A DNA stretch of 64,000 nt, taken from NCBI RefSeq assembly GCF_009914755.1, contig NC_060931.1; one strand, written 5' to 3'. Source of the DNA: the human T2T-CHM13v2.0 reference genome, Homo sapiens. This document shows, piece after piece, positions 1 to 21,815 of the stretch. The notes beneath the pieces were generated by a model. It was not told the DNA's origin, did no database searches, and saw only the letters and a program-made list of their open reading frames with translations. Positions within the stretch are counted from its first letter, which is position 1, and every line of letters starts with the position of its first letter. A program made the translations under genes and the position numbers.

Positions 1-288
1 AAAGGAAGGGGGTCTTGTTAGCCGCGTTATTAGGCTGAGAGCTGGCGGGCTGTTTGCAGAGGGCTCCCAGGGCTTCCTGCCCAGCGCTGGGGTGGAGACA
101 GGGACAGAGAGGTCTCTCCCCTGAGGGGTGGCTCTGAGGAGCACTTCCCTAGCTCTGGGAGCACCTCCCTCTGCCAGAGGGAATTTTCTAGATCACAGAC
201 ATAGAATCCTTCAGTATAATCTTTCATTCATTTTGCCCAGGAGACAAAAGAGTAGTAGACTACTGCCTTCTAAAAAAAAAAAAAAATC

Positions 289-695
<407 letters not shown>

Positions 696-3600
696 TCACC
701 CTCATTTTCACTGGCCTCCTCCCTCCTGTTTCGCAGAGGCAACTCCCAGCGAGGGTAGGAGGCAACAGGTGAGGGATACCAGGTAGAGCTGCGCCAGGTG
801 CATGGGGCAGGGGGTTGGGGGGGGGCGGTGGTTAGAGGTGTGTCTAGAGGGCCACGGTGCTCCTGGAGTACACTGAGCAGGACAGGAGATGCCGCCATGC
901 AGACAATGGAGACACCCGAGGGACCCTGAGCTCAGCACTACATCCCACATTGCAGTGATGGATGTGTACCAAACACATTCCTGAGTCATAGAGTACAAAC
1001 AGAAAGCTCACGAAACTTGGAGAGTCTAGTTTTCTGCTTTTACGAGAAACGGATAGACATCAAGGAAACCACTGTTCCTGCCCGAGCTGCACTCGAAAAG
1101 CCCCACGGCAGGACACGGGCCTGCATCCGGATTCAACATACTCTAAGATTCAAAACGCCCTCAATCTAGGAGAATTTAGTCCTGCTCAGCAGCATTTTGG
1201 TGGCAGCGATTTTTCTTGTCTCAGCGTGACAAGGAGCAGTGAGGCAGCGTGGAAACGACACAACTGTGAGCCATGATCCCTGTGAAGATGAAGCCACGCA
1301 ACACGCCCTTCACTGTGGGGGCAGAAAGAAAGAACTGTGTTCCATGTTGTGATGGTTTTTAATACTCTTGCTGTGAGGAAGAGAGTAACTAAGTTAATCA
1401 ACCACCTACTTAATTAACCAACTAACCAGCATCCCTCATTCTAGATCAACAAGGATAGCAGCAGAGGATTCTAGGTAGACAGGACTGGCTCTAGGTCATT
1501 CCAGGCACAGCTTGCAGGGGTTAGCTGATTCCCCAGTGATTTCTGGGGTCCTACAGGAAGGACCCGGGGGTCCCAGGGTCAGCTGACCTCCTGGAGAGCT
1601 TCAGACGCCCAGACCCACCCTTCCCATGATAGCTCCTGCTGCATGGGGCAAACCCACCAGATCAACCCGCAAGACAGGAGGCCCCTCCCTGGGAAATCTA
1701 TGGGGGCCGCTGTGAGGAAGCCTCGAAGCCTCAATTCTAAGCGTGCTGCTGAGGCACTCAGCAAATGTCTCTGGCTTCCTAGTAAGTGGCAGGGATCTAA
1801 ACAATGCTTTCTGCCCTCAGGAAGGTGGAAAGTTCCTCCCCCTCTCAAGTTCATACACAGGGACACAGGGAGGGAACAAGAGGCTTCCCCTGAACAGGGG
1901 TGGTTTACAACAGGCTGATCTTAAGAAAGGAATGGGGCACACAGAGTCAGAGAACTGGGCTCATTCAGATCCCTAACTGTTCCCAGACTTTAAGAATTTA
2001 CTTGGTATTTTACTCATCTGTAAAATGGGTCCTTGTGTAGAGTCCTAAGCAGATATAAGCTGCGACTGCCAAATGGTAGGTCAGCCCTTCCACTCACTGT
2101 TCTTGCCATACTGCCTCCTCCTCAGGTCTCTGCTATCCCCTTCAGCAACACCTCCTGCAGTGGAAGAGCATACTTTGACACCCCCTCTCCTGCCCTTTAT
2201 TTCCAGAGTCACATTTGCAAACAGCTCACTTTCAAAACATTAGGTGCCAAAGAGACACTTTGTTAAAAAAAAAAAAAATCAATTTGCATTCAGGAATAAG
2301 TAGTGCCCTGGGGCTACTAGTTTTTCTATCTTGGTAGTTTTTTAAAGACATAATTCAGCTGAGCTGCTGATAGCTATGGCAGCCTCAGCTGAGGAATCGC
2401 TGTCTGGACATGCATTAGAATTCAGTCGACAGACGCGCAGCAGCAGCCAGGAACAGGGGTCTGGGACCCTAGAGTCCTGTCCCAGAATCCCAGGCTGCAC
2501 TACCACCATGTTTCATTTCATCTCGGCCAAGTTACTTAGCCTTCCTTTGCCTCAGTTTACTCGTCTGTAAAATGGGGTAATCATAATCCCAACTCCCTCC
2601 AAGGAATGTAATTTGGGTGAAATGAAATGAATGCATGCAAAGCATTTAGCACAGGCAAACACTCAATCGGTATGCCTGTTACTTTGTCTTCGGGGTCACC
2701 ATTACTATTCCTAAGGTCAGGAGTCGGGCTTGCTGCCAGTTCCTCCTGTCAACTCCCTGTGTACACACCCCCCACCCCCTGTGCTACCACACCCCCACCA
2801 GGACCCAGTGCACCTCCATCTCTGTGTAATGGCCTTGCCCCTCCACCCTCCAGCTGCAGCGACTCCCCACCCCCTCCCTGGCCCTCAAGGCCTCAGCACA
2901 GAAAAGCCTTTCTTAATACTTGTTGATTGATTTGCAAATATAACCTCACAGGCCCCAAAGAGAGAAGAACCAGAATCACCAGAACAAGTAAACCTCATTC
3001 AAAAGGGAAAGCATGAAAGCAATTTAAAAAATTAATATGCACAGACCAAAGCCTCAAGAAAATCTAAAATGTCAAAGGGTTGGTTAGTTCAGAAGGGCCA
3101 TGCAATATTAATACAATGAGTTCTGCATTCATACTTTTCAGTATATTTTCAGAGTCCTCCATGATCATGCATTCAAATAGTGAAAAAAATGGGGGGAAAG
3201 CCAACCCGGAAGATCAAAGTGTGTGAATGCGCCCCAAGGAAGCCTGGGGGCTTCCCAGGGGGTTGTGACCACCCTCAGTAGTGCTCTCTGCTGGCCCCAC
3301 ACCCTGATGGCGCTTTGAGTTTTTCAACCACGCTGGAGTTCGGGTCATCTGCTGACACTGTCTGGAGAATGCCTGAGGAACGCCTGAATCTCTTCCCGCC
3401 ACAGACACTCAAATCACTCCAAGCAAAGGACCCGGGACTCACATGTCAGGCCGCTGCACAGCACCGACACTGAGACCCCTGGGCCGTCCGGGACCCTCCC
3501 TCCTCCTGCTTGTCAGCGACAGCTCCCGCGTGCCAGGAGGCACATGCCACACAGCTGGCCCCCAGCCTGGGACAGCACCCCCCACCCCAGAATATCCCCC

Positions 3601-4109
3601 CACCCCGAGGTCCCGTCCTTCAGGGAAAAAAAGGAAGCGCGTAAAGACCCCCTGCCTCCCACCCACCAAAGGGAAAGGGAAAGAGACGCACTGGAGAGCT
3701 TGCCTAGAAAAAGTAGGAGAAGGGTCTTGAGCCTGCCCATTGAAGCCCCTAGCTGCGCTCTCCACCTGGAGTCTCGAGACGGAGTCCTAGGGAGCAAAGT
3801 CCGCTCGGTCCCGACAGCGACTGCGACATAGCTGCTCCGGTCTCTGCCCTCAGTCCAGGGCGCCCGGGCGCCACGGGTCCCACTCGAGTGGTCCTGCGCC
3901 CCAGCCAGTCCCCAAACCCAGCCAGTCAGCGCCCCCGTCCCCGGACTCCGGCGAAGCTGGCCCGCGCCCCAGCCCCTGTCCTGGGACTCCTGCCGAGCCC
4001 CCGCCCCCCACGCGCCGCAAACCCCGTACCCGCGCGCACCAAACCCCTTGCCCGTGCGCCCCCAACCGGGTCCCCGCGCTCCCTAACCTGGGTTCTCCCG
4101 TGACCCCAT

Positions 4110-4193
4110 CCCCGCGCCCTGAGCTCCCGTACCCCGCGCTCCCCGAACTCTGTCTCCGCGCTCCCCGAACTCAGTCCCCGCGCCCCAGCTCCA
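4110..4193 (+). repeat. Degenerate 22-bp GC-rich tandem repeat (~4 units) at the start of intron 1
   Basis: Units start at 4110, 4132, 4154 and 4176 with core CCGCGC(T)CCC..(A/G)CTC; CCGCGCTCCCCGAACTC is exact in units 2 and 3. Confidence 0.75.
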
Positions 4194-4310
4194 GATCTCT
4201 GTGCTCCCCAAGCCTCGTTCCTGCGCCCGGAGCGCGAAAGCCCGCGCCGGGCCCGAAACAAAGAGGACCGCGGCGCGTGGCCGCGTTTCCTCCTTCCCCG
4301 GCCCCAGTAC

Positions 4311-4450
4311 CTGGGGGAGCCTGAGGCGCGGTCCGGCAGGGCGATGGCCGCAACGAGGCTGGGCTCCGAGTAGCGCGCGGGCGGGCCCGTCCTCCTGGCT
4401 GGCTGCCGGCGCCCGCGGCAGGGCCCCCTCGAGGCGGCGCGGGCAATCGC
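4311..4450 (-). other. PPP1R3B: Non-coding first exon (5' UTR) of a minus-strand gene, probably PPP1R3B; 5' boundary approximate; intron 1 runs off the left edge
   Basis: Minus strand reads ...GGACCGCGCCTCAGGCTCCCCCAG|GTACTG (donor at 4311/4310) inside the CpG island. Gene identity is from my recollection of the PPP1R3B 5' UTR and locus layout, not from a search. Confidence 0.55.
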
Positions 4451-6882
4451 CACGGCCGGCCCCCGCGCCCGCGCCCCGAGCCTGGCGGGTCACCTGGCCT
4501 CATCACCCTAACAATGCAGCGCGCCTCCAGGCGCCCTTCACCGGGGTCCCCCGCCCTGCCGAGGTGCGCCCTGGGACCTCCCTTCGCTGGCCGCAGAGAG
4601 GACCTGGAATTATCAGACCCATTGAGCAGCCCAGGCTCCAAGTGGTCTGGAGGCTTGCAGGTTCCGCCGGGCCGGTGTTAGAGTACCTGGGGAGGCGGGT
4701 TCGGATCCTGGTTCCTGCACAACCAGTTCATTCTTTCATTCAGCGCCTGTGATTAAGGTGCTCTCCGGGAGCAAGACCTACCCTCCCTCCTGTAGCTCAT
4801 AGCCTAGTGGGAGTCGCGCATACATAAAGGAGCACAGCCGCTCCGGAAAGCCTAGGGTGCCGTAGAAGCCCCTGAAATACCCAGCTAATGAAGGGAGGAG
4901 GTCAGGGAAGTCTTTAGAAGTCACATGACTTCTTAAAATGCGCCGGGACAAATGAGCAGAATTTAGGCAAGCCAGGGGAAACCAGAAAAACGATCCCGAG
5001 CAGAGAGATTCTCAGAGGAGGAAAGGCCTATAGGTTGTCCATCCTGACTGTCCATCCCTGAGATTCAGATGGCCCTGAACTCAGTCGCTTAGCCTCAGTT
5101 TCCCCATTTGTGAGATCGGGGGAATGGAAAAAGTTTGCAGAAATCAGAAGTGCTCTTCCTCCAGGGAGGTCACAAGAGAAATTTCATCAGCGGTTTGTCC
5201 TGTGGTCCTTTCCAGGAAAACATCCTCCCCGCCAGCCTCTCACAGAAGAGACCTAGATTTCATCTGCCACGTGGAGCAGGCGGTCTCAGAATCCCACCCG
5301 GAGCAGGGTCCAGGGCAAGTCTTGGAGGACAGTCACCAAGAACTGCTTTGGATTCGGGAACAGAGCTGCCTAACCCATCCGCAGCCCTGGGGTCCTGCCC
5401 TGTTCCTCTGGCCCCTTCAGGGCAGCGGGGGAAGCAGGGAAAACAGCCTGTCAGAGATGGCAGAGAAACCGAGCAAGAATAATTATCCTGGAAAAGACTT
5501 TCAGAAGTAACCACCAGAAACTTCGAGTCCCCAGATCCAAACAGCTGAGAATGTGGGGCCTGAGCCACGCTCTGACTCCACTCCCACCACATGAGGAGAA
5601 ACAAGAGCTGCTTTTCTGGAAGACTTGAACAACCCCTGCTGTGCTCTGGAAGGTAGTGTCATTTCTCATCCCCAGACTGATCTGGGTATTTATTCCCAGG
5701 CAAAGGCTTCATGAGCACCATGCCCCAGCCCCTAGAGATGAGGCAGGCATTTTTCCTACACTCTAGGAGACACCAGGTCAAGAGTCAATGAGATGAGTCA
5801 AGGGGTGCCAGGGAAGATGCCATAGGGGAAGTTGGGGAGGAGGTCACAGCCAGCTGGGTTAGGAATGGGGGTGAGGCTGGTACTGTTACGATCTCCTTTG
5901 TCCTGATAAGGAAACAGGATCTGACATTCTAGGCAACTTGTTCAAGGTCACCCACCTGGTCAGGCGAAGAAAGTGGGAGGGATCAGGACTATCTGGCCTT
6001 GAGGCTACTCTTAACTTCTTCCCAGCTGCCTGCCCACACCATCCACTCTGTGCAATTGGACTAAATCATCACTTTGCTCAACCCTCTCTTCCATTAAGAC
6101 CGTGGTGATCTTCACACCCAGAGCCAATTACGTGCTATTCTGTGCATCACAGAAACCATCATAATGCCAAAAACCATGTTGGCTGAATGACAACATGAAT
6201 TTGAGCTTCTTGCAGTGTTAGGGCACCCATTTACAGGAGGTGACACTGTTGTTTGTCTGAGAGCTCACAGTCAGGAAAACTCAGTGCAGTGCTGGGGTTC
6301 TCTGACCCTTTGTCAGGGAGCCTCTTCTAAAATCTCTCCAAACTGCTACCCACACCCAAGCCAGATGGCCCCACCGGCCACACTGCCCTTGTTGGGGTAG
6401 CAATGGAATGGGATGCCCCAACCACACCTTTGTTTCTAGAAAAACTGTGACTTGGGTGCTCATTCGTGCAGTGTCTGTGGTTATATTCCCTGGCAGTGTC
6501 CCAAGAAAGGAGAAGAAAAACCGGGCTCCAGTATCCCCACGCACTCTGTGTTGGCTGGGATGGCTGTTCCCCGGGTTCCCCACACCTCGTCTAGAGGCAC
6601 ATGAAGGGAAGCCTCTCTGGATCCCCAATCGGGACCTGGGCCCCTTCCAGAGCTTCGCTTCCCCAGCCCAGGGCCTCCCCACTTCGCAGGCTGCAACTTC
6701 AAGTTTCCAAGAAATTAAACAAAAACAGGGCATGAACCAGTATCTGAAAAAGGGAATGTGCATTTTTTCCATCCTTAGCCATCCAAAAAAAACTCAACTT
6801 TGAAAACAAAAGTCTCCAACATTTAGCTGAAAAAAAAAAAAAGCAGCAATATGCCAAGAGTGGCCTCTCCCTCCTAGTATGC

Positions 6883-6896
6883 CAAGCAGAGGGCAG
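6883..6896 (+). promoter_or_regulatory. Candidate CTCF site
   Basis: CAAGCAGAGGGCAG matches CCASYAGRKGGCRS with one mismatch; motif only. Confidence 0.3.
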
Positions 6897-7268
6897 GGGA
6901 GTCTGGGCAAGAAACTCCCGCCAATCTCCTTCCTCCCGGAGCCCTTCTTTGCAGACTCATTCTTGCTCCTCCCCTGTAGGAGTTTTAGAAGATGTGTTGG
7001 AAGCTTGTCATTGCAATGAAGATTGTCTTTGCCACCGCAAAAATCTGAATTTGTATCCCTAGATCAAGGGAGGTATATGAGCAAGGACTTGGATATTTTT
7101 CCTTATTTCTTACTTTCTGTCACTGAAAATATTTCCCAAAGACCAACTGAAAGAGACAGCAGGAAACATTACACAGGATGGAGTTACAAAGCTCTACAGC
7201 GCATTCAGAGAACTGTGGAGTTGGAACATGAGCAAATGCCTGTGTTTTGCCTTAAGATACTGAGTCTC

Positions 7269-7565
7269 GGCCGGGCGCAGTGGCTCACACCTATAATCCC
7301 AGCACTTTGGGAGGCCGAGGAGGGCAGATCACAAGGTCAAGAGATCGAGACCATCCTGGCCAATATGGTGAAACCCCGTCTCTACTAAAAATACAAAAAT
7401 TAGCTGGGAGTGGTGGCACGCACCTGTAGTTTCAGCTACTCAGGAGGCTGAGACAGGAGAATCGCTTGAACCCAGGAGGCGGAGGTTGCAGTGAGCTGAG
7501 ATCGCACCACTGCACTGCAGTCTGGGTGACAGAGCAAGACTCTGTCTCAAAAAAAAAAAAAAAAA
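7269..7565 (+). mobile_element. AluS with target-site duplication
   Basis: Full dimer; flanks AAGATACTGAGTCTC / AAGATACTAAGTCCC. Confidence 0.95.
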
Positions 7566-7754
7566 GATACTAAGTCCCTTGAGACTCTTACTAGAACACC
7601 TGGCCCTTTCCTCTCTTCCTTTTTCTCTTCCCAAACACACGAATCCTCACCTACAGCTCAACAAAGTGGGCTTTACAGTTGCCAGGCCTGGCTAGAGGCA
7701 CCTGAGCTTTTCCGTGTCTCAGAACCTTTTCGGAATTTACATAACCTTGGTGTT

Positions 7755-8539
<785 letters not shown>

Positions 8540-8639
8540 GCACCTTGTTTCCAAAAACTGCACCTGCACACCAACTTCTACAAACATGGACCCTGGGAGC
8601 CCACTTTGTGGATGCCCACTGCATGGATGCAGATTCAGT

Positions 8640-8966
8640 TTCTTTTTCTTCTTCTTCTTCTTCTTTTTTTTTTTTTTTTTTGTAGACAGAGTTTTGCTCT
8701 TGTTGCCCAGGCTGGAGTGCAATGGCGCAATCTTGGCTCACCACAATCTCCGCCTCCCAGGTTCAAGCAATTCTCCTGCCTCATCCTCCTGAGTAGCTAG
8801 GATTACAAGCATGTGCCACCACGCCCGGCTAATTTTTGTATTTTCAGTAGAGACGGGGTTTCTCCATGTTGGTCAGACTGGTCTTGAATTCCCAACTTTA
8901 GGTGATCTGCCCACCTCGGCCTCCCAAAGTGCTGGGATTACAGGCATGAGCCACCGCGCCCGGCCC
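8640..8966 (-). mobile_element. AluS with (TTC)n/poly-T tail
   Basis: Reverse-complement Alu dimer. Confidence 0.93.
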
Positions 8967-10001
8967 ATGCTCTTCTTCTTAACATACCTACAGGGACTTC
9001 GTGCCCTGTGCCAGCCCCATGGCCCTCTGCTTCTAGGATCACTGCAGTAAAAAATCAGAGCCTGAATGAAGTCAACATTGGTTACTCTGGTTGGATCTGA
9101 GATTCCAGATTTTTCCGACTGCAAGAACCTTCAGTCAATGGCCCCTTCACTACCCCTAACACATGCTTGACTGACTCCAATGATGGGGATCACTCAGCTT
9201 GGTAGAAATCAGCCCATTCTTTGCCCAGTAGGAAGGCCTTTCTTGGAAAGCAGTGATACTCTGATGACATCATGACAGATGTCTCCCAATAGCTATAAGG
9301 GAACAGGAGAGGGAGCCTGGGGAGGGCTCTCTGCAGGGGCTGCCTGAGAATCAGGAGTCTGCCAGGCAGACCTTCCTGGAGCCATGTGGGTGGAGGAGGG
9401 GCAGGCTGCAGGTGCAAAGCGGGAAGCCCTGTAAGAGCTTGGTGTCGGTGCGAGGGGGCAGTGCTTGAGCCTGTGCCAGGCAATGCAAGGAGATGGCCAG
9501 AGGGGACAAAGACAGGTGGTGAGAGAGAGCCCACAGGAGGCTGCCAAGAGCTTAGGCTGGAGAAACATGCAGGAGGGGGCCAGATGGTGGAATGGCTAAA
9601 CTTGGATCCTTTAAATTCAGGTAGATTTTAGTAAGAATCCTGGAGCTGCATCACAAACACCTCTGCAAGCCTCAGTTTTCTAACCTGTAAAATGAGGGTA
9701 TTAAAACTAAAGCCACATGGACTTTATGAGAACTGGGCGAGATTGCCCTCCTGAAGCTCTTAGCACAGTGCCTGAGGCATAAGGAGAACTTGGCAAACCA
9801 CGGCTGTTTGGGAGGTGCCGTCAGCCTGGGCGGGCCTTGGAGATTGGCTGGAGAGGGGAGTGAGTGCAACCAGCCTTGAGAGGCGCCCTGGCCTGAGAGT
9901 GACCGCTGGTCCCACAGGGTCTGGTGCCTTAGGGGTACTCACAGAAATATAGACCAAAGCAGCAAGATCATTGGCTTAGGGCTCTGTGGTTTTGCTTTGT
10001 G

Positions 10002-13620
<3,619 letters not shown>

Positions 13621-14809
13621 TGCCAGAACGCGTGTTTACTGTGTGGCTTTGGCAAGTTCATTAATTTCTCTGTGCCTCAGAGAAACTGTGCCTCAGTTTC
13701 TTCTTCTGTGAAAAATGGAGATGATACCAGAACCAATCCTAGCAGGCTGCTGTGAACACTAAGTACATGTTCTATGATCCATTTAGAACTGTGTCGAGCA
13801 GTTCGTGCAAATGTAGCCACTATGACTATCTCACCCTCAGTGCTACCCCAGGGGCAGCTTATCCCCTAAACATAATGACCACTGAATTAGGGGCTGTCAA
13901 GAGAAGACAGCAGCAAAGCAAGCTACCGAAGTTGGCTTCATCTCCTCCCTAGCTCCGCCCGAAGCCAAAAAATCTGCCCGAGGTGTTTATTCCAAACCTG
14001 ACTGATCATGAAAATCACATTGGAGGAGGGGGCGGTTAAACATTCAGATTCCTGAGCCCAGATCCTCTAAATTCCAGGGCTGGGTCCAGGAATGTGCTAA
14101 AAAACAAACAAAAAAAAAGCCTCCAGGTTTTGTACTTACTGCATGAGAAAGGAAAATGTACATATTTAAGGGGAGTGCCTTGCTATCTTGGAGCATTATT
14201 AACCTGAGCCTCTTTTGTAGTTAAAGACTGTTTTTCATTGGGAAACAAAAATCTGCAGATTTTTAAACTAGTTCAAGAATTTAGCTGGGCATATTCCCAA
14301 GGGTTTGAAGGAAAGCGTTCTGATCTGCGGAATTCCTCAGCTGCACTGCGTGCTCTGAGATCACAGCTCTGGCTGCCCTAACCAGCCTGGGCCCCTGCTC
14401 CGCAAGACTCACCCACATGGACTTCAGGAGGGGTTTGGGGGCAAACCTGTGGCAATCAAATATATTCTTAAAATTGGAGAGGCGACCAGAAGCATTGAAC
14501 TCAAGACAATATGGTTTTCAGAGAAGGTATTTTGAAGGATCTCCACTGAAAATCCACTTTCCATGCAAAGGGCAGAAGAGTTTCTCCAACGGGTGGCCCA
14601 GATTATAAAGCGCAAGGAAGGAGCTCTGCCCTTGCCGGATCACACACGTACGTGATCCACTTTACTCCCTTGTACCTGCCTCAGTAGCTCTCAAGGCCTT
14701 CTGGCCAGAATGACCAAAGTCACCTTGCTCAGAGGCTGCCAAATAGCACCCGGAGAAAACCCAGGCTCCCCCCAGGGCTGACTCAGATTATTTTGTGAAT
14801 TTACACCGT

Positions 14810-15751
<942 letters not shown>

Positions 15752-16061
15752 TCAGAGTTCCAGCATGATGAGGCACAGCAGTTACTGGTCCCCTATCTCT
15801 GTCCCACCTTCCTCTCCCCAGTGAAAAGCCCCAGCCAAGCGAAGCAGTAAATAATTTCTCAGCATCAGGCACCTACCCAACGCCCATTACAACGGACAAA
15901 AGATGAAGCCTTACCTTGCCCTCCCTTGGCTCCGGAGAGCAAGCTGGGAGATGGCAAAGGAATTTGAACATAGCAGGTCATGGCCACGCGCCTCTGTGGC
16001 ACCTGAGCTTTCTGTGAACCATTTGGCTGCTGCTATGGGACTCTTAAAAGTCAAATTTTTT

Positions 16062-19394
<3,333 letters not shown>

Positions 19395-19396
19395 AC

Positions 19397-19414
19397 TGGG
19401 GGCTCGCCCGGGAT
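19397..19414 (+). promoter_or_regulatory. Primer binding site for tRNA-Pro, followed by a major splice donor AAG|GTGAGT at 19422/19423
   Basis: TGGGGGCTCGCCCGGGAT differs by one base from the canonical Pro PBS TGGGGGCTCGTCCGGGAT and lies 2 nt after the LTR end. Confidence 0.9.
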
Positions 19415-20620
19415 CCTGGAAGGTGAGTGTAAACAAATGTGAAACTGTCGGGTCTGCGTCTCTTCCAAAAGCTTGCCATCTTTCTCTTTCCTGCAGGTAA
19501 GAGGCTGATTCCCTTCAGAAACTCTGCCCTAACTGGCCAGTGAAAACCCCCAGACTTTTTTTTTTTTCTCTCACACAGCTCAAAATGATTCTTATCTCTT
19601 CCTTTATAATGTTAAGAGTTTTGCTACATGCTGCAGCAATGTTACTAAGTAAAATGACCATTAGGCTCAGACGCCAAAGGTGCAAATCAGACCAATTGTT
19701 CCTGGAGGTGCCATGTATACCTCCACCTCAACAGGCACAGGCACGCAGTGCTAAGGGCACCTCTCCTTATCCTTTTCCCTCCTCGCTCAGGCACCTAGGT
19801 GTGCCCACAGAAGGCCATGAGTGGGTGTGGGAGAAAGCTGTGACAGTAGCCATGAACCCACAGTAGCTGCACTCCCACAGGGCCAACAGATGGGCGCTTT
19901 CTTTCTTTCCCTGGCCAACGAATTAGAGATGGTCTGAACCAGGGAAAAAATATAAGGATTAGAAAGGCCCAGTTGCACTAAGCAAAGTGTTCTTCCCCAG
20001 AATCTTCCCCTTTTCCCCCTTAAATTGTTTTTCTCTTTTTTCTTTTTCTAAGTGAGAGTCCCCCCACAACCCCCACTCTTTCTGATAGGAAAGTTAACAG
20101 AGGAACAACCCCTGCTGTCTGAGAACTGCAAATTTGGCAGGGCACATTTGAGACACTCTAAACACATACAAATAGCCTCTAAAATATCTTTTCAGTCCCA
20201 AACTGGATTCCAAGCTTCAGGCAGAGGCCCTAGAAAGAAATCCACGTCTGAGGGATCCAAAGCGAGGCAACAGGAACGATGTAAACGGGCAGGACCAATT
20301 CCTGCTGACTAAACCCCCACACGTCATGGAAGAAGGCCATGCTTCATGGCATAAACAGGCCCAGGGAACTCAGTTTACCGACAGCAGGGAGAAAGGGAAG
20401 CATAGGTGAGGGCGGTTAATTCCTATTCTCCAGGTTTTCCCTGCTTCATGGATACGTACCACATCAGTACCCATGGCTGGCACCTGCCAAGTTTGCCGGG
20501 GCTCAGGGATAAAGGGTGGAGAGTGAAGGGAGGATGCTCGCTTTCTCTATTCATCACACCCTGAGTTTTTGCTGAGAGAAGGAAGGGAATGAGGGATGCC
20601 TCTATTCCCTGTCTTTCAGA

Positions 20621-21815
20621 ATGGGCAACCCGTTCTCTTCACCACCCCCAGCTTATACTCCTCTGGAGTGTATCCTGAACCACTGGAACTGCTTGGACTC
20701 TCAGAGTCTGGAGGAAAAGTGCCTCATATCCCTCTGCACAAAGGTTTGGCCAAATTATGATTCACAGGAAAGACTGGCTTGGCCTCAGGGAGGAACCATT
20801 CATTTCAATACAATCTGGCAATTGGAACTTTTCTGTAGATGTGAGGGCAGGTAGTCTGAGGCTCCATATGTGTAGGCTTTCTGTACCTTGCAAGGACCTT
20901 TGCCGACAGTGTAGGATTGATCTAGCCTTCCTGTTTGCCATCTCAAGGAAGGCTGCAAGGGGCAAGCCCAGGGAAGTAAAGACACGAGTGCCAGAGGCAC
21001 CCCCAGCAGAGGAGCCAGCTCCCTCAAACCCTGTTCCTCCAAGTTCACCCCTGCCTCCTTCTACAGCTTCAGCGTCTCACTTGCCCACTCCTAAAAATCC
21101 TCCCCCTAAACAAGCCCCAGTCTCACTTTTGCCCCTCCAACAAATGCCCAGTGAATTTGGGCCCAGTAAGGTCCAGGTCCCCTTCTCCCTACGGGACTTA
21201 AAGTAAATTAAGGAAGATCTTTGCAAGTTTTCAGATGACCCTGATAGATAAATAGAGGCTTTCCAGAATTTCACCCAAATATTTGAACTCTCCTGGAGAG
21301 ATGTTATGTTACTTTTGAATCAGACCCTGATGGACACTGAGAAACAGGTCGCTCTTCAAGCAGCAGAGAGATTTGGGGATGAGCTTTGTGTCACATATAG
21401 CATCAGGGAAGGGGGTGAACATTATCCAACCTGAAGAGAAGCAGTACCAGTGAATGACCCTACATGGGATCCCAGTGACAAGATGGAAGATGAGAAGAGG
21501 AAACACTTTCAGGTGTGCATAATGGAGGGCTTACATAGGACTCTCAATTATACTAAGTTGTCCATGATTGACCAGGGATTTGATGAAAATCCCACTGCCT
21601 TCCTGGAAAGGCTAAGAGAGGCCTTGGTAAAGCACACCTCTCTATCTCCTGATTCAGTCAAGGGACGGCTAATCCTAAAGGATAAATTTATCACTCAGGC
21701 TGCCCCTGACATCAGTAGGAAGTTGCAAAAACCGGTCCTAGGACCAGACAGTATATTAGAGGACCTCTTGAAAGTGGCTACCTCAGTCTTTTATAATAGA
21801 GAAAGGGAAGCCTAG
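20621..21815 (+). pseudogene. gag: Disrupted gammaretrovirus-like gag (MA, Pro-rich region, CA)
   Basis: Starts MGN (myristoylation-type), YTPLECILNHW (MA), WPQGGTIHFN, a Pro-rich stretch, the major homology region QGFDENPTAFLERLREAL and FITQAAPDISRKLQK; multiple stops/frameshifts; no NC, pro or pol follows. Confidence 0.9.

Larger units (their letters stand above)
3760..4720. promoter_or_regulatory. CpG island / GC-rich promoter
   Basis: Very high GC and CpG density with many CGCG/GCGC and GC-box-like motifs, not within a recognisable repeat; flanking DNA is CpG-poor. Confidence 0.92.

Noticed and set aside
3850-4752. Overlapping 130-180 aa ORFs on both strands
   Set aside because: Stop-poor GC-rich CpG island, mostly non-ATG starts, low-complexity R/G/P/A, no recognisable domain.
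5261-5285. ChoRE (ChREBP element) near the promoter
   Set aside because: CACGTG at 5268 has no second E-box at the required 5-nt spacing.
20621-21815. Domesticated intact gag gene
   Set aside because: Multiple in-frame stops and frameshifts; the fragments are short and NC is missing.
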